Below are positions 19,197 to 29,463 of a DNA stretch of 64,000 nucleotides, piece after piece. Made by a program: the position numbers and the translations under genes. The notes under the pieces were generated by a model. It worked only from the letters and a program-made list of their open reading frames with translations. It was not told the origin of the DNA and did not search any database. Every line of letters starts with the position of its first letter. Positions within the stretch are counted from its first letter, which is position 1. The stretch spans positions 32,001 through 96,000 of the forward strand of contig CAWGIE010000019.1 in assembly GCA_963822585.1 (NCBI GenBank). Direction: 5' to 3'. Source of the DNA: an uncultured bacterium (GTDB taxonomy: Bacteria; Auribacterota; Erginobacteria; Erginobacterales; Erginobacteraceae).

Positions 19197-19982
19197 TCAG
19201 ACATGTCGGACCTCGCCGGTCCCGCCGATCGGCCGGGTACCGGTGCAATCGGGATAGGCGGAGCAGCCCCAGAACGGCTGCCCGGTGCGAGGGCCACTGC
19301 GGGCAGTCCGCCTGACCATCGGCTTCCCGCAGCGGGGACAGGAAGGCCGGCTCTCCCTGTCAGACCTGTCCGACCCGTCTGACATTTGCCGGGCCGCGGA
19401 ACGCTTCCGATAAAGCCGTTCGGTAAAACCGCCCTGCTCGATAAAATCCCGCTCCAGTTTCTCGATCTGGCGCTTGAGCAGGTAAATCGCCTGGTTGATC
19501 AGACAGATGAGCGTGTTGGCGGCCACCTCGGGCTCGGCAGTCGCAATGCCATAAGGGTCTGACCTGTCGGACGCGTCGGACGTGTCGGACCGGTATCTTC
19601 CCCGAACAGCCAGCGCCGGGGCCGAGTTCTTCTCCCAGAGGGGGAGGCGCCGCTGCCGCAAAAAATCTTCATAATCGAGCAGGAGCTCTTCCAGACTCGC
19701 TTTGGCCACGTTGGTCAGTTTGAGCTCCATCTTCTTCGAGGTCGCCGAGGCCATGCTGCCCTCGGCGATGTTCTGGCGGCCGCTGCGGGCGGCCTGGACC
19801 ATCTGATCGTGGGTGCGGGAGCGCTTCTCGATAAAGCGGTCGCAGAAGATAACGGTGCCGTCATAAATCAGTTCCGTCGTTTGAAAGCTTCTCAGCTTGC
19901 GGTAACCGCCGTGGAGCGGGAGGAGGCGGGACTGGGTTGGGTCGGACATGTCGGACTTGTCGGACCTGTCGGACTGATTCAT
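19197..19982 (-). CDS. four-helix-bundle (TIGR02436/Avd-like) protein with suffix domain and C4 topoisomerase-type Zn ribbon
   Basis: HGGYRKLRSFQ, DQMVQAARSGRQNIAEGS, SLEELLLDYEDFLRQR, GGFTERLY, CPRCGKPM..FWGCSAYPDC. Confidence 0.92.
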   Translation of the reverse strand: MNQSDRSDKSDMSDPTQSRLLPLHGGYRKLRSFQTTELIYDGTVIFCDRFIEKRSRTHDQMVQAARSGRQNIAEGSMASATSKKMELKLTNVAKASLEELLLDYEDFLRQRRLPLWEKNSAPALAVRGRYRSDTSDASDRSDPYGIATAEPEVAANTLICLINQAIYLLKRQIEKLERDFIEQGGFTERLYRKRSAARQMSDGSDRSDRESRPSCPRCGKPMVRRTARSGPRTGQPFWGCSAYPDCTGTRPIGGTGEVRHV

Positions 19983-20007
19983 ATCATAACCTCTCAGTCT
20001 CTGACAT

Positions 20008-20883
20008 TTAATGACGCGTGACGGCGCGGTAGAAAAGACTCTGGGCGCCTTCTTTGAGATAGCGAAATCGCGTGGTCAGCAGGCAGCCCTGCCGGAATGA
20101 ACCGCAGACCTCGTGAATGGGGGTGCCGAGGACGGTGACCTCCGGCGCGCCGAACAGCTCTTCCGCCAGCCGGTAGGAATTCATCTCTTTAGTATCGATA
20201 CCCATCACCGCCGCCGCCACCGCGTCCACGGCCAGGATGTTCTCTCCCCCGATCACCACGCCGGCATTGACCGGGGTGGACTGGATCTCGTCGAACTCGT
20301 TCCCCCAGACCCCATCCACCAGGCAGAAATCGCTCCGGACGATCTGGTTCATGTCCAGGACCGCCTGGCGGATAAAAGGATGATACATGAGCTTCTGCTT
20401 CCGGGTGGGGATGAAGCCGAAGATGTTCTTCAGGCAGAGCGTCACCCCGGCCAGGGAATGAGTCTTCAGCTTGGCGATATTGACCAGGTAGTCGTGATCG
20501 AATATCTCGGCGGCGAAGGGCATCTCGGCCGTGTGAAAGGGCCGGGGGATCGACTCCCAGACCTGTTCCGACTCCCGCATGTCCACGAGTTTGAGCTGGG
20601 GGTAGTCCTTCTTCAGTTCCTCGTATCCCAGCTCAATGAAGGAGCGTTCCGTCTTGCTGCAGGACTCGCCGATGGTGATAACCGGGCAATCGACCAGCCT
20701 CTCCAGGACCGCCCGGACCAGGCCGATGTCCACCCCCATGCCCTCGCGGGAGGGACGGCACCCGGTCAGGTTGGGCTTGATGAAGACCCGGCGGCCGGTG
20801 ACCCGGAAGCCGAGAGCGTCCAGGACTTCGCAGGCGCCCCGGTAGGGATCCTGCGTTCTGGCTATATATACTTTTTCGTTCAT
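20008..20883 (-). CDS. DUF362 domain Fe-S protein
   Basis: VFIKPNL, AKLKTHSLAGVTLCLKNIFG, AVDAVAAAVMG. Confidence 0.9.
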   Translation of the reverse strand: MNEKVYIARTQDPYRGACEVLDALGFRVTGRRVFIKPNLTGCRPSREGMGVDIGLVRAVLERLVDCPVITIGESCSKTERSFIELGYEELKKDYPQLKLVDMRESEQVWESIPRPFHTAEMPFAAEIFDHDYLVNIAKLKTHSLAGVTLCLKNIFGFIPTRKQKLMYHPFIRQAVLDMNQIVRSDFCLVDGVWGNEFDEIQSTPVNAGVVIGGENILAVDAVAAAVMGIDTKEMNSYRLAEELFGAPEVTVLGTPIHEVCGSFRQGCLLTTRFRYLKEGAQSLFYRAVTRH

Positions 20884-20977
20884 TGTTTTTTTTCTTTCCT
20901 GTACTATACTTCCATCATAATTCATATGTATCACTATTCAATCGATCCAGCCACTTAAAAACGCAAGGAAGGGAAAA

Positions 20978-22822
20978 ATGGCCAAGTTCTCACTCACCTA
21001 CCCATCGGATAACGTCTGGAGAGAACCGACCGGGAAGAAACTCGATATAAAACACGTCGATGAGCCGAGTCTCTTCCGGGACCTCTTCCCTTACACCGAG
21101 GTTCCCCGGATACCTTTCGACGGGGTTACCATCCCCCTGGATCCGCCGCCGGAGTTGACAATCACCTGTACCACCTTCCGGGACGGACAGCAGGCCCGGC
21201 CGCCTTACAACGTCAGCCAGATCGTCGCCATCTACGATTTCCTCCACCGCCTGGGCGGCCCCAACGGGGTCATCCGGCAGTGCGAGTTTTTCCTCTATTC
21301 CAACAAGGACCAGGAGGCGGTCAGGAAGTGCCTGGAAAGAGGATACCGGTACCCGGAAGTGACCGGCTGGATCCGCGCGGTAGAGAAAGACTTCCAGCTG
21401 GTCCGGGAGATGGGCTTGAAAGAGACCGGGATCCTGACCTCGGCCTCCGATTACCACATCTTCCTCAAGCTCAACTCCACCCGCGAGAAAGCGATGGAGA
21501 AATATCTGGCGCTGGTCGACGCCGCCCTCGCCAACGGGATCATCCCCCGCTGCCACCTGGAGGATATCACCCGGGCCGATATCTACGGTTTCATTATCCC
21601 CTTCGCCCAGAAGCTGATGGAGCGGGCCGCGGAAGCGAAATCAAAAGTCAAGATCCGTCTCTGCGACACGATGGGGTACGGCGTCCCCTGGGCGCAGGCG
21701 GCCCTGCCCCGCGGCGTGCCCAAGCTGGTCCGGGCGCTGACCAAGGAGGCGGGTGTCCCCCGGGAATGGCTGGAATGGCACGGCCACAACGATTTCTACC
21801 TGGCCACCGCCAATGCCGTCGCCGCCTGGCTCTTCGGATGCTCCGGCCTCAACGCCACCGTCCTCGGTTTCGGGGAACGAACGGGAAATACGCCGATCGA
21901 AGTCGCCTGCGTCACCTACGCGGAGATCACGGGATCCACCAACGGGATGGAACTGCCGGTGATCACCGAGCTGGCGGAGTATTTCAAAGAAGATATCCAC
22001 TACCGAATCCCTCATAACACGCCCCTGGTCGGACGGGATTTCAATATCACCCGGGCCGGTATTCACGCCGATGGCGCGATCAAGAACGAGGAGATTTACA
22101 ATATTTTCGATACCGGGAAACTCCTGAAGCGGCCGCCGTCGATTTCATTAACCGACAAGTCCGGCATCTCCGGCATCCTCTACTGGATCCAGACCCAAAC
22201 CGACCTGCGGACCGACAAGCTCAACAAGAACCATCCCGGCGTCGTCAACCTCCGGGACTGGGTGGATGAACTCTACCAGGACGGCCGGACAACGGCCATC
22301 TCATCGGACGAGATGATCTTCCAGGTCAAGAAGCATCTCCCCCACCTCTTTAAGTCGGAGTTCGACCGGATCCGGGACCGGGTGGCGGCGATCGCCCTCG
22401 ACCTGGTCACCGCGATGGTCACCAACCCGGCCATACGCTCGATGGATCCGGCCCGACAGGAGCCGGTTCTGGAGGAGTACATCGTCAAGGACCCGTTCAT
22501 CAAGTACCTCTACATTACCGACACCAACGGGATCAAGGTGACGCGGAACGTCGTTCATCCGTATGACAAGGCCAAGTACGATCGGGAGTTCGAGCTCCAC
22601 CAGGACTTCTCGGACCGGAACTGGTTTGTCAACCCGATGAAGGACGGGCAGGCGTATATAACCGACTTCTACATCTCCCGCTTCGACGGGGTGCTCTGCA
22701 TCACCGTTTCCGCTCCGATCCGGGACGAACGGGAAGAGATCGTCGGTGTCCTGGGGGCGGACGTCCGTTTCGAAGACGCCGCCAAACTGGAGGAAGAGGA
22801 ACATACCAAGCATGAAGAATGA
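20978..22822 (+). CDS. Re-citrate synthase-like (DRE-TIM/LeuA family) with C-terminal Cache/PDC domain
   Basis: TTFRDGQQARPP, SASDYHIFLKL, RCHLEDITRADIYGF, HGHND, GERTGN, AGIHADG; tail DFSDRNWF..YIS....CITVSAPIRD..IVGVLGAD. Confidence 0.85.
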   Translation: MAKFSLTYPSDNVWREPTGKKLDIKHVDEPSLFRDLFPYTEVPRIPFDGVTIPLDPPPELTITCTTFRDGQQARPPYNVSQIVAIYDFLHRLGGPNGVIRQCEFFLYSNKDQEAVRKCLERGYRYPEVTGWIRAVEKDFQLVREMGLKETGILTSASDYHIFLKLNSTREKAMEKYLALVDAALANGIIPRCHLEDITRADIYGFIIPFAQKLMERAAEAKSKVKIRLCDTMGYGVPWAQAALPRGVPKLVRALTKEAGVPREWLEWHGHNDFYLATANAVAAWLFGCSGLNATVLGFGERTGNTPIEVACVTYAEITGSTNGMELPVITELAEYFKEDIHYRIPHNTPLVGRDFNITRAGIHADGAIKNEEIYNIFDTGKLLKRPPSISLTDKSGISGILYWIQTQTDLRTDKLNKNHPGVVNLRDWVDELYQDGRTTAISSDEMIFQVKKHLPHLFKSEFDRIRDRVAAIALDLVTAMVTNPAIRSMDPARQEPVLEEYIVKDPFIKYLYITDTNGIKVTRNVVHPYDKAKYDREFELHQDFSDRNWFVNPMKDGQAYITDFYISRFDGVLCITVSAPIRDEREEIVGVLGADVRFEDAAKLEEEEHTKHEE

Positions 22823-24023
22823 CCGCAAGATCATCGAGAACGCCCGGCAACGGTTTGAACGGATCCTGGAGTCGCAGCTGGCCCGGGTGGAGCGTCTTCA
22901 GGCCGCGCCTGACTGGATCGACTACCGGTCCCTGAAGCCGCTCCGGATCGGGATCATCGGCGGGGACGGGATCGGCCCCATCATCTCCCGCCAGGCCCAG
23001 CGGGTGCTGGAGATCTGCCTGGAAACGGAACTGCAAGAAGGTTCGGTCTGTTTCCGCTTCATCGAAGGGCTGACGATAGAGAACCGGGCCGCGGCCGGCA
23101 AAGCCATCCCCGACGATATCCTGGAAGAGATCAGGCAATGTCCCATCCTCCTGAAAGGGCCGACCACGACCCCCCGGAAAGGCGACCCCTGGCCGAATAT
23201 CGAGAGCGCCAACGTGGCCATGCGCAAAGAGCTCGATCTCTTCGCCAATGTCCGCCCGGTCCGGGTCCCCGCGCTGGGGATCGACTGGACCTTCTTCCGG
23301 GAGAACACCGAGGGAGCCTACATCCTGGGCAGTGAGGGCTTCAAGGTGACCGACGACCTGGCCGTCGACTTTAAAGTCATCACGGCCCCCGGCTCCGAGC
23401 GGATCATCCGGCTCGCCTTCGAATACGCCCGCAAGAACGGGATCAACCGGGTCACCGCCGTCACCAAGGCCAACGTGATCAAGACCACGGACGGGCTTTT
23501 TCTCGACACCTTCACCACCATTGCCGGGCACTACCCGGAGATCGAGGCTGACGACTGGTACATCGATATCATGACCGCCAAGCTGCTCGATCCTCACCGG
23601 CGGACCCAGTTCAAGGTCTTCGTCATGCCCAACCTGTACGGAGACATCCTCACCGATGAAGCGGCCCAGATCCAGGGCGGCGTCGGCACCGCCGGCAGCG
23701 CCAACATCGGCCGCCGCTACGCGATGTTCGAGGCCATCCACGGGAGCGCGCCCCGAATGGTCAAAGAGGGACGGGAACAGTTCGCCGATCCTTTCAGCAT
23801 GATCCGGGCCGCCGCCATGCTCCTGAAGCAGATCGGCTTGCCGGACCGGGCCCGGAAACTCGAGATGGCTCTCGATATCTGCGGCCAGTATGAGAAGGAG
23901 CTGACGATCACCGGGAGAAAGGGCGGCGCCACCGCCCAAGAGATCACGGACTACCTGCTGACGACGATGGCCGGTCCGGATCTGGAAAAGAGGTGGAGTA
24001 CCTTCTCGCGGGAGGCAGGCTGA
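22812..24023 (+). CDS. icd: isocitrate/isopropylmalate dehydrogenase family (probable IDH)
   Basis: GDGIGP, LKGPTTTP, RENTEG, TKANV, NLYGDILTD, FEAIHGSAP; follows citrate synthase. Confidence 0.8.
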   Translation: MKNDRKIIENARQRFERILESQLARVERLQAAPDWIDYRSLKPLRIGIIGGDGIGPIISRQAQRVLEICLETELQEGSVCFRFIEGLTIENRAAAGKAIPDDILEEIRQCPILLKGPTTTPRKGDPWPNIESANVAMRKELDLFANVRPVRVPALGIDWTFFRENTEGAYILGSEGFKVTDDLAVDFKVITAPGSERIIRLAFEYARKNGINRVTAVTKANVIKTTDGLFLDTFTTIAGHYPEIEADDWYIDIMTAKLLDPHRRTQFKVFVMPNLYGDILTDEAAQIQGGVGTAGSANIGRRYAMFEAIHGSAPRMVKEGREQFADPFSMIRAAAMLLKQIGLPDRARKLEMALDICGQYEKELTITGRKGGATAQEITDYLLTTMAGPDLEKRWSTFSREAG

Positions 24024-24154
24024 ACGTCGAACGTCCAACGTTCAACGTCCAACGTCCAACGAAAATGAACATGGACGAATTGCTGAAGCAGGCGAAGCGG
24101 GAGACAGGCTGAACATCGAACGTCGAACGTCCAACATCGAACGTCGAACGAGAA

Positions 24155-25474
24155 ATGAACAAGGACGAACTGCTGAAGCGGGCGGAGCAGCCGGCGCGGG
24201 ACGCCCTCAAGCTCCATCCTTATTACCGCGGAAAGATCGAGGTCGTCCCCAAATGCCGGGTCAGTTCCACGGATGACTTCGCCATCTGGTATACCCCCGG
24301 CGTCGCCGCCCCCTGCTCCGCGATCCATAAAAATCCCGCCCTGGTCTATGACTATACCAACAAGTGGAACACGGTCGCCGTCGTCACCGACGGTTCCCGC
24401 GTTCTCGGTCTGGGCGATATCGGCCCGGAGGCGGCGCTTCCCACCATGGAAGGGAAGGCGCTCCTCTTCAAATACCTGGGAGGGGTGGACGCTTTTCCGC
24501 TCTGTCTCGACACCGGGGATCCGGAAAAAATCATCGAGACCGTCAAGATCCTGCAGCCCTCCTTCGGCGGGATCAACCTGGAGGACATCGCCCAGCCCAA
24601 ATGCTTCACCATCCTGGAGCGGCTCCGGAAAGAATGCCGGATCCCGGTCTGGCACGACGATCAGCAGGGAACCGCCGCCGTCACCCTGGCCGGGCTGATC
24701 AACGCCCTCGAGATCGTCGGCAAGGAGATGGGCCGGGTCCGGATCGTCCTGGTCGGGGCGGGCGCGGCCAATATCTGCATCGCCCGGATGATCATGGCCG
24801 CCGGGGCGGACCCGGGACGGTTGATTATCTGCGACAGCCGGGGAACCCTCCACAAAGGCCGGGAGGAACTGCAGGAGACTCATCCACAGAAATGGGAGAT
24901 GTGCCGGCGAACCAACCCGGAGGGGCTGCGGGGAGATCCCGGAGACGCCCTGAAAAATGCCGATGTTCTGATCGCCCTCTCCCGGCCGGGTCCGGACACG
25001 ATCAAGAAAGAATGGATCGCGGAGATGGCCCGCGATCCGATCTGTTTTCTCTGCGCCAACCCGGTCCCCGAACTCTGGCCCTGGGAAGCGAAAGAGGCGG
25101 GGGCGCGCATCGTCGCCACCGGGAGAAGCGATTTCCCCAACCAGGTCAACAACTCCCTCGGGTTCCCCGGCATCTTCCGGGGCGCCCTCGACGTCCGGGC
25201 ATCGACCATCACCGACGAGATGTGCATCGCCGCCGCCCGGGAACTGGCGGACTGTGCCCGGGATCGGGGCCTGAACGAGGGATACCTCATCCCCACCATG
25301 GACGACTGGGAAGTCTATCCCCGGATCGCGGTGGCGGTGGGCATGAAGGCCGTCGAACAGGGACTGGCCGCCCTCCCGCTTTCCCGGGAGGAGCTGGCCG
25401 AGACCGCGAAGAACATCATTAAGCGGGCCCGGAAAGAAGCCGAGGTTTTAATGAGGGAAGGAATTATTCCGTAA
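24155..25474 (+). CDS. NAD(P)-dependent malic enzyme
   Basis: YTPGVA, MEGKALLFK, GGINLEDI, HDDQQGTA, ANPVPE, ATGRSDFPNQVNN. Confidence 0.95.
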   Translation: MNKDELLKRAEQPARDALKLHPYYRGKIEVVPKCRVSSTDDFAIWYTPGVAAPCSAIHKNPALVYDYTNKWNTVAVVTDGSRVLGLGDIGPEAALPTMEGKALLFKYLGGVDAFPLCLDTGDPEKIIETVKILQPSFGGINLEDIAQPKCFTILERLRKECRIPVWHDDQQGTAAVTLAGLINALEIVGKEMGRVRIVLVGAGAANICIARMIMAAGADPGRLIICDSRGTLHKGREELQETHPQKWEMCRRTNPEGLRGDPGDALKNADVLIALSRPGPDTIKKEWIAEMARDPICFLCANPVPELWPWEAKEAGARIVATGRSDFPNQVNNSLGFPGIFRGALDVRASTITDEMCIAAARELADCARDRGLNEGYLIPTMDDWEVYPRIAVAVGMKAVEQGLAALPLSREELAETAKNIIKRARKEAEVLMREGIIP

Positions 25475-25517
25475 ATTTTTACAGGACAAAGGCACGATCA
25501 CGATTTCAATCGGGCTT

Positions 25518-25745
25518 AAATCTCAAATCACAAGCACCAAATAACAAATAAATCCCAAATTCCAATATCGAAATTCGAAACAAATATGCCCGGACATAGG
25601 TAATTACTCAGTCCTGATTGTAACGCCTGCGCTATTTCATGGGGCGGTTTAATAAGTCCGGGCAGTACCGGGCGAGTTTGTGATTTGGAATTTGTTATTT
25701 TGAATTTATTTGTTATTTGGGATTTGTTATTTGGAATTTGATTTT
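25518..25745. repeat. heptamer inverted STR hairpin (CAAATYM / TTTGGRA)
   Basis: AT-rich heptamer arms around a unique ~90-bp core; relatives at 39073-39300 and 40333-40560. Confidence 0.8.
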
Positions 25746-25763
25746 TATTTGCCTGATTATTAG

Positions 25764-26618
25764 ATGAGTAATGATATGCGGACAATATCCACTGCTGCCA
25801 TCACCGAAACAATCGCCCGTCTCTGCCGGGAAGCCAACTGCCGGCAGAACGACGATCTGACAGCGGCGCTCCGCCAGGCCCGGGGGCAGGAAGAATCCCC
25901 CGATGGCCGGGAGGTGCTCGACGAACTGCTGGAGAACGTGGCGCTGGCGGCGGCCAACGACGCCCCCCTCTGCCAGGACACCGGCACCGCCGTCGTCTTC
26001 CTCGAGATGGGACAGGATCTGCACATCACCGGGGGCGATCTGGAAGAAGCCGTCGAAGAGGGCGTCCGGAAAGGATACCGGGAGGGGTACCTCCGGTGTT
26101 CCATCGTTTCCGATCCCCTGAGGCGGCGCAACACCGGGGACAACACTCCGGCCGTGATTCATACCCGGATCGTGCCGGGTGACCGGCTGACGATCATCCT
26201 CGCCGCCAAAGGGGCCGGAAGCGAAAACATGTCGGCCGTCCGGATGATGACGCCGGCCGCGGGGAAGGAAGAGATCATCGCTTTCGTGGCCGATCTGGTG
26301 AATAAAGCGGGGGCGAACGCCTGTCCCCCTGTTATCGCGGGGATCGGCCTGGGGGGGAACTTCGAGACGGCTCCCCTCCTGGCCAAGAAAGCGCTTCTCA
26401 CCCCGATCGGAGAGAGGCACCCCGATCCTTTCTACGCGGAGATGGAAGAAGCGGTGATCGAGGAACTCAACCGGACCGGGATCGGCCCCGGGGGGGTGGG
26501 CGGCCGGATGACCTGTCTGGACTGCCATATCCTGACCTTCCCCTGTCATATCGCCAGCCTCCCGGTCGCCGTCAACCTTGACTGCTGCGCGACCCGGCAC
26601 AAGACCGCTGTGCTCTGA
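25764..26618 (+). CDS. Fe-S hydro-lyase alpha subunit (fumarate hydratase class I alpha)
   Basis: PLCQDTG, NTGDNTPA, KGAGSENMS, ACPP, PCHIASLPVAVN. Confidence 0.95.
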   Translation: MSNDMRTISTAAITETIARLCREANCRQNDDLTAALRQARGQEESPDGREVLDELLENVALAAANDAPLCQDTGTAVVFLEMGQDLHITGGDLEEAVEEGVRKGYREGYLRCSIVSDPLRRRNTGDNTPAVIHTRIVPGDRLTIILAAKGAGSENMSAVRMMTPAAGKEEIIAFVADLVNKAGANACPPVIAGIGLGGNFETAPLLAKKALLTPIGERHPDPFYAEMEEAVIEELNRTGIGPGGVGGRMTCLDCHILTFPCHIASLPVAVNLDCCATRHKTAVL

Positions 26619-26721
26619 AACAAAAACAAGGAGTAATGGAGTACTGGAGTGATGCATCCCCGGCGGCAGGCAGGCTCCCCAATACCCCATTACTCCACCA
26701 CTCCATTATTCCAGCATTCTT

Positions 26722-28376
26722 ATGCATAATGACCGAATAATAACCGATTTCCTGGTCATCGGCAGCGGACTGGCCGGGTTGAGCTTCTCGCTGAAGGCGG
26801 CCGGCGCCGGCTCGATCGCCCTGGTGACCAAGCAGGACATCGCCGAGTCCAGCAGCCGCTATGCCCAGGGCGGCATCGCCGCCGTCACCGACCGCGACGA
26901 TTCCTTCCAAGACCACATCCGGGACACCCTCCGGGCCGGCGACGGTCTCTGCCGCCCCGGGGTGGTCGAACTGGTGGTGAACAGCGCTCCCGAAAGGATC
27001 AGGGAACTTATCGAGCTCGGGGTGCGATTCACCCGCCGCCGTAAAAACCGGATGGAGTATGACCTGGGCCGCGAGGGAGGACACTCCCGGCGGCGCGTCC
27101 TCCACGCCGCCGATCAGACCGGGGCCGAGATCGAAAAATGCCTGGCCGAGGCCGTCCTCAATGATCCCCGCATAAAGGTCTTTGAATACCACATCGCGGT
27201 CAACCTGATCACCGTTTCCCAACCGGACGGCGGAAGAAGGTGCTGGGGGGCATACGTCCTCAATACCCGGACGGGGAAGGTCAAGACCTTTCTGGCCCGA
27301 ACCACCATCCTGGCCACCGGGGGCGCCGCCAAGGTCTATCTCTACACCAGCAACCCCGATACTACCGCCGGAGACGGCGTGGCCATGGCTTACCGGGCCG
27401 GGGCGACCGTCGCCAACATGGAGTTCATGCAGTTTCATCCCACCTGTCTCTTTCACCCGGAAGCGAAGTCGTTCCTGATCTCGGAAGCGGTCCGGGGCGA
27501 GGGCGGCATCCTGAAGACCGTGGCCGGGAAACCCTTCATGCACCGGTATCACCCGATGAAAAGCCTGGCTCCCCGCGACGTCACCGCCCGCGCGATCGAC
27601 TTTGAAATGAAGAAGAGCGGGGACGACTACGTTCTGCTCGACATCACCCACCAGCCGGCGCCGTTCATCAGGAAACGGTTCCCCCACATATACCGGGAGT
27701 GCCGCAGATTCGGCATCGACATGACGAAAACGCCGATCCCCGTCGTCCCGGCCGCCCATTACTCCTGCGGCGGGGTCCGGACGGATACCCGGGGCCGGAC
27801 CACCGTGCCGGGGCTGCTGGCGATCGGCGAGGTCGCCTGCACCGGTCTCCACGGGGCCAACCGCCTGGCCAGCAACTCGCTGCTGGAGGCGCTGGTCTTC
27901 GCCGAACGGGCGGCAGCCCTGGTCCGGGAGGAGCCGCCGCCGGAGCGGCAGGCCGATTCCCCGGGTCCCCGCCTGGAAGATCGGCCACGCGGTGGACGCC
28001 AACGAGGCGATCATGGTTTCCCACAACTGGGACGAGATCCGGCGGTTGATGTGGAACTACGTGGGGATCGTCCGCTCGGACAAGCGGCTGGCCCGGGCCC
28101 GGCGGCGGATCCGCAACCTCCTTAAAGAGATCAACCAGTATTACTGGGATTTCATCATCACCGCCGACCTGATCGAACTGAGGAATATCGCCACCGTCGC
28201 CGATCTGATCATCACCTCGGCCATGAAGAGGAAAGGAAAGCCGGGGGCTCCATTTCAGCCTCGACTACCCCGAGAAAAACGACCGGAAATTCCGGAAAGA
28301 CACGGTATTAAGACTACGGCGTAAAAATATCAAGAAGACCAGCGTTTCACCACGAAGAAACAAAAAAGAAAAATGA
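26722..28376 (+). CDS. nadB: L-aspartate oxidase, two apparent frameshifts (~27960, ~28233)
   Basis: [48 protein letters not shown]; tail [16 protein letters not shown] and ESRGLH lie in shifted frames. Confidence 0.92.
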
Positions 28377-28434
28377 ATTAATATATTTCATCCGTGTCTA
28401 TACTTGCTGAAACATCATCATTCTTTCCAGACCG

Positions 28435-29196
28435 ATGATTATTAACCGATTTTCCTGTCGCCGTTTCACGGCCTTCCTGATCTCCGGGTTGGTGACAGCA
28501 TCAATCGCCCGGGCGGGGAGGCTGGAAGAGATCGAGACGAGTGTCGAGACTTCTTCATCATCTCACCATCATAAAGATGATCACTATCATTATGGAGACG
28601 ACACTGACGATTTCGACTGGCTGGGGATTTTCTTCCAGCCCCGATGCTACCGGCAGTATCCCTACTATTATACCGAACCCGGCATCGATCTGTCGCCGGA
28701 TATTCCCGAGAAGAGATTCTCCCTCACCGGGGGCGCCCATTACTTTTATGATACCCACGGGGACCTCGACGGCTTCCGGGGCGAACTCCTTTTCGGCACC
28801 CCGTTCGGCAAGCTCGGGGGAGACTTCACCCGCTTCCGGGAGGACCTCAAGCCGGGTCACGACTACCTCAATCTCTATTACATAGACTACCGATTCGGGT
28901 TCGACCTGCCCGGCTTCACGTTCGACGTGGGGGGCGGCTACGCGGGCATGACCCGCGACCATTCTTACGACGGGGGGAGCGTCTTCCTGGCGGCCCAGGT
29001 CTGGCCCCTCGATCCGCTGGGTATTGACGTGATGCTGCGGGGTGCCACTATTAACCGCAGTTCGGTAGGCGACTACCGGATCGGTGTCAGCCTGGTTTAC
29101 CGATGGGGCGGGATCCGGATCGGTTACCGGTACCTGAACTTCGAGAAGAGCCCCGATATTTACGGACCTGAGTTCGGGATCCAGTTCTGGTTTTAA
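28435..29196 (+). CDS. putative outer-membrane beta-barrel protein
   Basis: Signal peptide, Ser/His/Asp-rich N-terminus, alternating aromatic strands, terminal GIQFWF. Confidence 0.65.
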   Translation: MIINRFSCRRFTAFLISGLVTASIARAGRLEEIETSVETSSSSHHHKDDHYHYGDDTDDFDWLGIFFQPRCYRQYPYYYTEPGIDLSPDIPEKRFSLTGGAHYFYDTHGDLDGFRGELLFGTPFGKLGGDFTRFREDLKPGHDYLNLYYIDYRFGFDLPGFTFDVGGGYAGMTRDHSYDGGSVFLAAQVWPLDPLGIDVMLRGATINRSSVGDYRIGVSLVYRWGGIRIGYRYLNFEKSPDIYGPEFGIQFWF

Positions 29197-29463
29197 CCCG
29201 ATGCATGGCTGCCGTAGGCAGCCATGCATCGGGTTAGTTTTGAACAATGCCAGAAGTTGAAAGAACGGCTACAGTAAAACATTTTTCCGGAAAGGTCTGA
29301 TGTTTTATGCCAACTACGGCGATGACTTCCGCTTTCTGATCACGATTGCCTTTTCAAAATTATCTCTTCCAAAACACCGTCTATTCTGCTTTAATCTCAG
29401 CCCCGGGTGAAACGGGGATTTTTTATTCACCTATGTTCTCGATAAAATAAAGGAGCATTATTC

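Noticed and set aside
19197..19982. Diversity-generating retroelement (Avd-like gene present)
   Set aside because: No reverse transcriptase and no TR/VR pair with adenine-specific differences; the duplication at 47940-49552 differs at all base types
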